From the IMG/VR virus record IMGVR_UViG_2523533505_000001, positions 62,001 to 91,026 of that record: 29,026 nucleotides of DNA; one strand, 5' to 3'. Below the pieces are notes generated by a model. The model worked only from the letters and a program-made list of their open reading frames with translations, ran no database searches and was not told where the DNA came from. The position numbers and the translations under genes are program-made. This document shows, piece by piece, positions 16,663 through 23,361 of the stretch (the first letter of the stretch is position 1; each line of letters opens with the position of its first letter). Origin of the DNA: an uncultured virus (IMG/VR IMGVR_UViG_2523533505_000001) (taxonomy: Duplodnaviria > Heunggongvirae > Uroviricota > Caudoviricetes).

Positions 16663-17132
16663 GGGTGCCTTTCGCTGGCAGGTTCGGTTGGCAGGTCAGG
16701 AGGCGAGCCGGACGGGCTTTGCCAGTTCGGTGTGTCCGGCGTCGATGGCGGCGGTGCGGAGCTGCTGGGCGCGGGAGCGGGAGACGCCCAGGGCTTCGCC
16801 GAGCTTCTGGTCGGAGGGGGCTTTGCCAAGCTGGTCGTTCAGCAGCTGGTAGACGGCGACCACTTCCTGGATGTCGATGCCACTGGCAGCGGTGGCAGCC
16901 GTGCTGGTAGCGCTCTGGCTGGCAGTGGCACTGGCAGAACCGACCGGGCTGGTAGCACCGTTGGCAGTCGTACGGTTGGCAGGGTTGGCAGGTGCGGTGT
17001 GGCGGCTGGCACTGGCAGAGCTGGTAGCGCTGGCGCTGGCATTGGCGGGGCTGGCGGGTCGGCTGGTAGCAGTCGGGCTGGCAGTGGCATTGGCAGCGCG
17101 CTGGATGGCATCGGCGGCCCGGCGGCTGGCAG
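16475..17132. repeat. Dense field of TGG(C/T)A(G) / (C)TGCCA short repeats; candidate clt-like locus
   Basis: About 30-35 copies by eye, spanning two genes and the intergenic gap, with an orientation switch near 16570-16610. Confidence 0.75.
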
Positions 17133-18264
17133 CCTCCTTCCGCTCGGCCTCCACGCGCGCGGCCTCTTCGGCCTCCTGCCGCTGCTTCGCGGCTGCGGCG
17201 GCACGCTCCTGCTGCTCGGCGACCAGGCGGGCGTGCTGGAGCTGCTCCTCGCGTCGGCGGCGGTCCTCGGCCTCGGCGGCCGCGCGCTGCTGGCGGGCGA
17301 GTTCGTCGATGCGGGCCTGGTGCTGGGCCTCGGCGAGCTGGCGGTCACGCTCGGCCTTCTGCCGGGCCTCCTCCAGCTCGAGGGCCTTCCGCTCACGCTC
17401 GAGGCGCTCGTTCTCCTCCTGCTGGCGGCGCTCGTACTCGGCCCGCTCGGCCTGCCGGGCGATGCGGGACTCCTCCTCGAGGCGCTTGGCCTCCTCACGG
17501 GCCGGAAGCTCGATGGCCTCGGCAACGCTCATACCGTCCTTGGCGAGAGACAGGACGAGGGCCTGTTCCGCAGTGGCCTTGCGGCGCCACGCCCACCGGC
17601 CGTGCTGCTTGCGGAGCTTGGCGATGTAGATCCGCCGCTCCTGCTCCAGTTCGAGGACGGTGTCCCATTTGCGGATCGCCCACAGGCGCTGGCGGCGCCA
17701 GAGGATGAACGTGGCGATGGGGTTGAGGAACCAGCGGGAGGCCGGCGGGCCTTCCATGAACCGGTCGGCGGTGATGTCGGCCATCCGGCCGATGGCGTGG
17801 CGGGCGGCTTCGACGGAGACGACGAAGAGGATGGGGATGACGGCGTGCATGCCGACGCCGACGGGGTCGGGCCAGGAGACGACGGCGTTGAAGGCGATGG
17901 TGGCGGCGGTGAGGAGCCAGGCCCCGTAGCGGAGGGCCGGGTAGGGCATGCGGAGCCAGGTGAGGAGGAGGTCGAGGGCGAGGAAGACGCCGATGCCGAG
18001 GTCGATGCCGAGGGTGAAGACGCGGGAGAAGGCGCCGAAGCCTTTGGCGTAGGCGAGTTGGGTGACGGCGGTGTAGGAGCCGATGAAGCCGATCGCGGCG
18101 ATGGCGACGGCGCCGAAGATGACGAAGCCGATGAGGAGCTTCTGGGGGCGGGTGAGGGTGAGCCGGGGGCCGAGGGTGCCGTTGGGTGTCCCCGGCGCGG
18201 TGGGCGCGAGGGGGCCGTCCGCGGTGGGGCGGTTCGGCTCGTGGCCGGCCGGGGTGGAGGTCAT
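16696..18264 (-). CDS. DUF2637-family membrane protein (SpdB2-like plasmid spread protein)
   Basis: Four TM segments with GFIGSYTAV, LGIDLG, TIAFN and HAVIPILF motifs, then a coiled coil, a Ser/Ala/Thr repeat and a C-terminal HTH (PSDQKLGEALGVSRSRAQQLR). Confidence 0.8.
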   Translation of the reverse strand: MTSTPAGHEPNRPTADGPLAPTAPGTPNGTLGPRLTLTRPQKLLIGFVIFGAVAIAAIGFIGSYTAVTQLAYAKGFGAFSRVFTLGIDLGIGVFLALDLLLTWLRMPYPALRYGAWLLTAATIAFNAVVSWPDPVGVGMHAVIPILFVVSVEAARHAIGRMADITADRFMEGPPASRWFLNPIATFILWRRQRLWAIRKWDTVLELEQERRIYIAKLRKQHGRWAWRRKATAEQALVLSLAKDGMSVAEAIELPAREEAKRLEEESRIARQAERAEYERRQQEENERLERERKALELEEARQKAERDRQLAEAQHQARIDELARQQRAAAEAEDRRRREEQLQHARLVAEQQERAAAAAKQRQEAEEAARVEAERKEAASRRAADAIQRAANATASPTATSRPASPANASASATSSASASRHTAPANPANRTTANGATSPVGSASATASQSATSTAATAASGIDIQEVVAVYQLLNDQLGKAPSDQKLGEALGVSRSRAQQLRTAAIDAGHTELAKPVRLAS

Positions 18265-18304
18265 CGGGATCGGTTTCCTTCCTGCGGTGCGGGCGGGTAC
18301 GGGG

Positions 18305-18604
18305 TCAGGCGGCGTTCGGCTTGGGCATGGCCCGGCAGGCGGAGGCGTGCTCGTTGGCCGCGTCGCGAGCGATCCAGTCGTGGCGGCCGGATCCTTCGCT
18401 GCCGTCGTTGCAGCCGAGGCACTTCCAGTTGTTGTCCTCGACGTAGCGGCCGGATCCGGTGACGTGGACCTGGGCGCCGCCCTGGGTCAGGAACCGCATC
18501 ATCACGTTGTCGGCCGGGTTCTCCGGGTGTGCGGAGGCGGGCTGCGGGGCGGGGTTTTCCGTGGCGAGCCGCTTCGTGCGGCGGGTGAACAGGGTGAGCG
18601 CCAT
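18305..18604 (-). CDS. Small zinc-binding hypothetical protein (99 aa)
   Basis: ATG at 18604 with GAAAGG RBS. WKCLGC...ANEHASACRAMP. Confidence 0.7.
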   Translation of the reverse strand: MALTLFTRRTKRLATENPAPQPASAHPENPADNVMMRFLTQGGAQVHVTGSGRYVEDNNWKCLGCNDGSEGSGRHDWIARDAANEHASACRAMPKPNAA

Positions 18605-18621
18605 GGCGGGGCCTTTCGGTG

Positions 18622-18777
18622 TCAGGCGGCGGGCGTCGGGTCGGGGTCGGGGAGCAGCATCAGGAGGGTGAAGTCGGGCAGGGCGTCGATGGCGGCGAGG
18701 TTCTGCTGCGCCTCGATGTCGGCGGTGCTCCACGTGGCGGGGTCGCCGTGCTGCTGGGTGAACTCGCGGCTGGTCAT
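18622..18777 (-). CDS. Small hypothetical protein (51 aa, MTSREFTQQHGDPATWSTADIEAQ...)
   Basis: Manual translation. ATGA overlap with the upstream stop and GC-rich third positions. Confidence 0.65.
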   Translation of the reverse strand: MTSREFTQQHGDPATWSTADIEAQQNLAAIDALPDFTLLMLLPDPDPTPAA

Positions 18778-19034
18778 CGGTGGTCGCCCTTCTGCGTGTT
18801 GGTCGCGGCGGCCGCCGTCTGGAGGCGGGTGACCGGCCGGTCGAGGAGCTCGGTGAGCATCGTGCTGAGGAGTCCCTCGACGGTGAGGGTGAAGACGAGG
18901 ACGACGACGATGCCGACCGCGGTGGGCTGGTTCATCAGCTCGTACATGCCGACGCCGGCGCCGAGGGTGCCGCCGTAGTAGGCGATGTTGGCGGCGCTCT
19001 TGATGGCGTTGGCCTTGATGCGGGGCTTGTTCAC
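18774..19034 (-). CDS. Small membrane protein (86 aa)
   Basis: GGAAGG RBS, GTG start, two hydrophobic segments. Confidence 0.7.
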   Translation of the reverse strand: MNKPRIKANAIKSAANIAYYGGTLGAGVGMYELMNQPTAVGIVVVLVFTLTVEGLLSTMLTELLDRPVTRLQTAAAATNTQKGDHR

Positions 19035-19082
19035 GGTGGTCCTTCCGGTGGTTCGGCTGGTCGGGTGCTGGTCGTGCTCGGC

Positions 19083-19116
19083 GCCGTACCGCCGGAGGGG
19101 AGGGCGGCGGTACGGC
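19083..19116 (-). terminator. 11-bp inverted repeat in an intergenic gap
   Basis: GCCGTACCGCC (19083-19093) and GGCGGTACGGC (19106-19116). Confidence 0.5.
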
Positions 19117-19185
19117 CTCGGGCGCGGCCAGAGGGGGGTGGGGCCCGGCCGTTGTGCGCTCGGGCGGTCGGGCCCCGGTGGGTGG

Positions 19186-19317
19186 TCAGCTGCGGCCGGT
19201 GGCCTGGCAGGCGGCGCAGATCCCGCCGGGCCAGTCGTCGAACCAGCCCTGGCAGATGGAGCACTGGCCGGCGTAGGCGGTGATCCAGGCCCGTAACCGG
19301 GCGAGTCGGGTCTTCAC
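19186..19317 (-). CDS. 43-aa zinc-finger microprotein containing a TTA codon
   Basis: Manual translation MKTRLARLRAWITAYAGQCSICQGWFDDWPGGICAACQATGRS. GAAAGGA RBS, two CxxC motifs, TTA at codon 8. Confidence 0.7.
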   Translation of the reverse strand: MKTRLARLRAWITAYAGQCSICQGWFDDWPGGICAACQATGRS

Positions 19318-19339
19318 GGTCGTGGGGTTCCTTTCGGGG

Positions 19340-19741
19340 TCAGGTGCCGGTGATGGCGGCGGCGGCTTCGGAGGCGTGCTGGTGGAGGTCGTCGTCGGCG
19401 AGGTCGAAGACCAGGTGCTCGCCGTGGAGGGCTGCGGTCTTCTGCTGCTCGAGGGGGAGGGTGCGCAGGGACGGATTGGTGTCGGCGTCGGTGAGGCGGG
19501 CGACGGTGTGGGCGATCAGGGTGAGGACGTCGACGCCGTTGGCTCCGGCGAGGACCGCGCACAGCGTCTGCGTCTGTGCGAGGGTCAGCCGGTCGGTGGC
19601 GATGAGGCGGATGCCGTCCCGGATCAGATCGATGCCGGGGTGGAATCCTTCGAGGTCGTCGAGGATGTCGCCGAGGTCGGTGCCGTCCACGGGCGGGACG
19701 GCGTTGCCCGCCGTGTGGACGTCGTACGGTCGCGCGGTCAT
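19340..19741 (-). CDS. Hypothetical protein (133 aa)
   Basis: ATG at 19741 (TGATG overlap). C-terminal part of ORF 19340..20098. Confidence 0.7.
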   Translation of the reverse strand: MTARPYDVHTAGNAVPPVDGTDLGDILDDLEGFHPGIDLIRDGIRLIATDRLTLAQTQTLCAVLAGANGVDVLTLIAHTVARLTDADTNPSLRTLPLEQQKTAALHGEHLVFDLADDDLHQHASEAAAAITGT

Positions 19742-19980
19742 CAGGAGTCGTCCTCGTCCGCGTAGGGGTCGGCGATCTCGCCGAACCAGTCGTCGAGGGA
19801 GGCGACGGCGGACCGGAAGTCGACCTCTCGGTCCCGCATCACCTGGTCGGTGATCTGGCGCGGGTCGAGGCTGGTGAACAGGTCGACGATGTCGTCGTAC
19901 AGGTCGGGGTAGCACTGGGCGACCGCGCCGGCGGACCATTCGGCGCCGGGGATCTGCTCGAGGTCGGGCTGCTGCATCAC
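19741..19980 (-). CDS. Small acidic hypothetical protein
   Basis: GTG at 19980 or ATG at 19977 overlapping the upstream stop; (V)MQQPDLEQIPG... Confidence 0.65.
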   Translation of the reverse strand: MMQQPDLEQIPGAEWSAGAVAQCYPDLYDDIVDLFTSLDPRQITDQVMRDREVDFRSAVASLDDWFGEIADPYADEDDS

Positions 19981-20249
19981 GCCGCACCCCCGACCACACG
20001 CAGGACCGGGCGGCCGGCCGGGGCGGGGCTGACAGCCCGGGCTCGGGCCAGCTCCCCCAGGTCCCACAGGTTCGTGACGTCGACGTCCACGGAGCCAAGG
20101 TCCATACCGCCGTCGATCAGGGTGGCGGTGAGCCGGATCTTCGGACCGTCCGGGTGCGGGTGGGAGGCCGTCATCTGACCGACCAGCGCGAGGAAGCCGA
20201 CGGCGGTGCTCTCCGCGAGCATCATCTGCGCGAGGCGCTTCTGGTCCAT
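19977..20249 (-). CDS. Hypothetical protein (90 aa)
   Basis: Start abuts the upstream TAG. Ends in LRVVGGAA, a tail common in mobile-element proteins. Confidence 0.7.
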   Translation of the reverse strand: MDQKRLAQMMLAESTAVGFLALVGQMTASHPHPDGPKIRLTATLIDGGMDLGSVDVDVTNLWDLGELARARAVSPAPAGRPVLRVVGGAA

Positions 20250-20549
20250 CTACGCCACCGCCTTCAACACGCGGTCGGAGCCGGTCCAGACGGCGCCGGT
20301 GTAGTAGTTGGTGCCGGCGTGCATGTCCACGACGTGGATCGCGAACCGGGCGGCGTTCCGGCGGAGGATCCGGCGGGCCTCGGCGAGGTCGGTGACGACG
20401 CGGCGGACCTGGACCAGGCGCGGGCCGTCGTAGTAGACGACGCCCTCGACACGCGGGCCGATCTGCTCGGCGGTGACGCCACGCAGCGCCTCATCGGACT
20501 GGGAAGTCTGCTTGATACTGGTGGGGGTACTTGTGCGATCCTGACTCAT
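20250..20549 (-). CDS. First gene of the leftward operon, hypothetical (99 aa)
   Basis: AGGAGG RBS before ATG at 20549. Confidence 0.7.
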   Translation of the reverse strand: MSQDRTSTPTSIKQTSQSDEALRGVTAEQIGPRVEGVVYYDGPRLVQVRRVVTDLAEARRILRRNAARFAIHVVDMHAGTNYYTGAVWTGSDRVLKAVA

Positions 20550-20663
20550 GGATCTGTGCCTCCTGGTTACGCAGGCTGGGCTCTGGTCCACACACACGGC
20601 CTCCGGTGGTGACACACCGGGGGCCGCTCTGCGTGCTAGGACCCGTCGTGATTGACTAGAACC

Positions 20664-20717
20664 ACCATATCTCTGGGCTAGCCCTACTTGTCAATAGGCT
20701 AGCCCAGAGTGTTCAAT
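20664..20717. promoter_or_regulatory. Divergent promoter region with a palindromic operator
   Basis: 13-bp inverted repeat CTCTGGGCTAGCC (20671-20683) / GGCTAGCCCAGAG (20697-20709). Minus-strand TTGACA (20694-20689) and TATGGT (20669-20664, 19-nt spacer). Plus-strand TAGGCT (20695-20700). Confidence 0.75.
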
Positions 20718-20741
20718 GGAGACACACGACAGGAGGCATGA

Positions 20742-21545
20742 ATGCCGATTCCCGACGGCCCGAAGACCTACCGAGAGCTTGCTCAGCTCTTGCGTGGTCG
20801 CATCGAGGGGGGTGAGTTCCCGCCCGGATCAGGCCTGCCAGCCATCACCAAGTTGATGGAGGACTACGGCCTTGCACGTCAGACCGTGCGGGCGGCTTTG
20901 ACTCAACTGGCATCAGAAGGTCTGGTGCTGAGTGCCCCTCGAAAGGGAACTGTCGTTCTGGCCCGGACCGAGCGTCGCCGGATCACCCGGAGCCAGTTGG
21001 TCACCAGGAGCAGCGCCGGGATGTACGTCTTCCCGGCAGCCAGCTATCCAGACGAGGTCTGGCAAACGCACGGCACGCCCAGGCGGTCGTTCGAGCCAGC
21101 GCCGGACCGGGTTGCCGAGATCTTTTCGGTGGAGCCCGGGAGCGAGGTTCTGCGGAGGCGGCGCGTCATGTCTCCGGAAGAGGAACCCCCGTTCCAGATC
21201 GTCGACACCTGGCTGAGCCCGCCGGCGGTTGAAGACGCTCCGCGGATCGCCGAAAAGTCGACGGGGCCCGGCGGGTACCTGGATCGACTGGAAGAGGCCG
21301 GCCACGGGCCGATCTCTTGGGCTGAGACGGTCAGAACTCGGATGCCCTCGGAAGAGGAAGCGCGGCTTCTAGAGATCGCAACATCCATGCCCGTCATGGA
21401 GATGACGCTGGTAGGAAGGTCGGGACGCACAGGTGACGCACTGGAGGTAACCATCCGCGTTATCCCGGGTGACCGTGTGGAGCTCGTTTCGGAGCTCGTG
21501 CGCGACGCGTCCGCGTCTTGGCCTCGAGAGGAGGGTGTCCGGTAG
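20742..21545 (+). CDS. GntR-family (HutC/UTRA) transcriptional regulator, KorSA/TraR-like
   Basis: wHTH YRELAQLLRGRIEGGEFPPGSGLP...ARQTVRAAL..LASEGLV...KGTVV plus a UTRA domain (RMPSEEEARLLEI). AGGAGG RBS. Divergent from the transfer region. Confidence 0.92.
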   Translation: MPIPDGPKTYRELAQLLRGRIEGGEFPPGSGLPAITKLMEDYGLARQTVRAALTQLASEGLVLSAPRKGTVVLARTERRRITRSQLVTRSSAGMYVFPAASYPDEVWQTHGTPRRSFEPAPDRVAEIFSVEPGSEVLRRRRVMSPEEEPPFQIVDTWLSPPAVEDAPRIAEKSTGPGGYLDRLEEAGHGPISWAETVRTRMPSEEEARLLEIATSMPVMEMTLVGRSGRTGDALEVTIRVIPGDRVELVSELVRDASASWPREEGVR

Positions 21546-21723
21546 CAGTAGGTGACGGCCGACTGGTCACCACAACCAGCCGACCGTCGATTTGGGCCGC
21601 TGTCCTGCGAAGACAAAGCGCGGCCCTGCAACAGATCACCTTCAAAGGATGGGACCTGCGCGTGTCGAGACTAGCGCTTCCACTTCGCACGGTGCGAAGT
21701 GGCTTCGGGGTTCGGCGGTGCCG

Positions 21724-22029
21724 ATGAGCCCCCGCAACCCCGACAACACCGGGGAGACCCGGCTTCCGCCCGCCGTGACCTTCACGACTGGCGCGGCCCT
21801 GCTGGTGAAGCTGGAGATTGTCGGCAGCATCACCCGCGAGGGCGTACGGCACATCGCTACGTCCGAGCGATACGCCAAGCACTGGCCCTTCGGCCCAGGT
21901 CGGCCATATCCATACGGCAAAGCCTCTGGCGCCCTGCTGATGGCGACCGACCCGTTCCTCGACTTCTTCCGGAACGTCTACGGGAAGGTGGTCGACGACG
22001 ATGACGACCGCGAGAGCGTCGACGGTTGA
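21724..22029 (+). CDS. Small hypothetical protein, possibly DNA-binding (101 aa)
   Basis: ATG at 21724 within ORF 21592..22029, where codon bias becomes host-like. Lies between the regulator and the initiator. Confidence 0.6.
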   Translation: MSPRNPDNTGETRLPPAVTFTTGAALLVKLEIVGSITREGVRHIATSERYAKHWPFGPGRPYPYGKASGALLMATDPFLDFFRNVYGKVVDDDDDRESVDG

Positions 22030-22261
22030 CCGCATGCCGGACCTGGGATCGCAGCCCCAGCCCGGATACGCAGAACGGCCGGGTCATCGAGGTCGCAGCG
22101 CCTCTACCGGCCGTCCCATGCAAGTCACAGCGGCCTGCCAGCCGCTGGATCTTCGAGTCCCACCCAGTGAAAGCAGGGCCCTCGGTGCTTAGGGTAGCCG
22201 TACTAGTGAGTCTGTCGGCAAGTGGCCCACGCATGATCCTCCACATGGTCGGGGTGCTGCG

Positions 22262-23284
22262 GTGAGCTATCAGGGCCAGACGTGGGTCGATGAGGTCGCC
22301 TTTCCGCATCTGGAGAAGACCGGAGAACTGGTCATCATGCTGCGCGTGGCCAACCATGCGGGCAACGGGCCGAAGAAGATGAGCGGCTGTTTCGCACGGT
22401 CCGAGGTCCTCGCCGCGGAGTGCCTCATGTCGCCGCGCGCTGCGCAGGCGCACCTGCGGGAGCTCGCCCGACGAAGGCTCATCATCCCTGGTGACCCGAA
22501 GTTGGTCGAGCACATCCGCCCAGACCGGCGGCCGCCGGTCTGGGACCTCGCCGGCGCGCACAGGCCGGAGTGCCCCGGGGGACACGACATCGACGGTCAG
22601 TGCCATCCCTCCGCAGCGGGTAGCAAAATCTGCCACCCGCCAGGGCAGGCACAAAACCGCAGGTCAGCGGGTAGCAAGAATGACCACCCGTCCCCCGAGG
22701 GGGGCGCCACGGGTAGCAGAAAACGACCGGCACGGGTAGCAAAATCTGCCACCATAAAGTCTTCTAAGGAATTGAAAGGATCTCTCTCCCCGGGGGCCTC
22801 GCCGTCGACGCCTGACGCAACCCCTTCGGCTGGTGCCGAAGGAGAGAGAGAAGCGGCAGAGCCGAACAACGAAAAGACCTCCGACAGCCCTGCGGGCGTT
22901 GTCGACGTCGGGGACGTCGACAAGGTCGTTGATGCGTACATCGCCGCCTACATGGCCACAGCTGGCCTGCCGCCACGCCCGGACGCGGTCCGGTCCGTAC
23001 GTGCGGCCGCGGATGGACTGCTGTCCGTGGGCCGGTCCGTGGGCAACCTGTGCACCCTCGTTGCCGAGTTGGGCGCGAAGGGATGGACGGACTTGGTGAA
23101 GCACGCGCAGATGAACCCTGAGGCTGTGATCCGCCCGGCTGGCGTCAACAAGCCGTGGTGCGGCCAGTGCAACGACGGTCGCGAGCCCATGTCACCGGCG
23201 CAGCGGATGGTGGAGACCGAGACGGGCATGGCCAAGTGCCGCTGCCACCCCGGATACGTCCCGCACCAGCCAGCACACGCCTGA
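22262..23284 (+). CDS. Phage-type replication initiator protein
   Basis: N-terminal wHTH (LRVANHA...LAAECLMSPRAAQAHLRELARRRLI), central iteron-encoded repeats, C-terminal WCGQC...CRCHP. Directly upstream of dnaB. Confidence 0.8.
   Translation: MSYQGQTWVDEVAFPHLEKTGELVIMLRVANHAGNGPKKMSGCFARSEVLAAECLMSPRAAQAHLRELARRRLIIPGDPKLVEHIRPDRRPPVWDLAGAHRPECPGGHDIDGQCHPSAAGSKICHPPGQAQNRRSAGSKNDHPSPEGGATGSRKRPARVAKSATIKSSKELKGSLSPGASPSTPDATPSAGAEGEREAAEPNNEKTSDSPAGVVDVGDVDKVVDAYIAAYMATAGLPPRPDAVRSVRAAADGLLSVGRSVGNLCTLVAELGAKGWTDLVKHAQMNPEAVIRPAGVNKPWCGQCNDGREPMSPAQRMVETETGMAKCRCHPGYVPHQPAHA
22617..22787 (+). repeat. Replication origin: four iterons plus an AT-rich tract inside the initiator gene
   Basis: CGGGTAGCAAAATCTGCCACC at 22617 and 22733 (identical), variants at 22668 and 22710, followed by ATAAAGTCTTCTAAGGAATTGAAAGGATCTCTCT. 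Confidence 0.8.
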
Positions 23285-23297
23285 CCTCGACGCACAA

Positions 23298-23335
23298 CGG
23301 CGGCAGGGGAGCCCGTAGCAAGGCCCCTGCCGCCG
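23298..23335 (+). other. 12-bp inverted repeat between the initiator and dnaB
   Basis: CGGCGGCAGGGG (23298-23309) and CCCCTGCCGCCG (23324-23335). Confidence 0.55.
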
Positions 23336-23361
23336 CCAGACCCCTCGAACGGAGATCTTCT

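Noticed and set aside
16475..17132. Repeat field as a CRISPR array or simple protein repeat
   Set aside because: Units are 5-7 bp with irregular spacing and no cas genes. They persist across reading frames and in non-coding DNA.
10122..18462. Plus-strand ORFs of 620 aa (10122..11984) and 910 aa (15730..18462)
   Set aside because: They mirror traB and the DUF2637 region, with no RBS or domain signatures.
22617..22753. 21-bp direct repeats as a mini-CRISPR
   Set aside because: Spacing is irregular and the repeats lie within the initiator CDS next to an AT-rich tract, so iterons explain them better.
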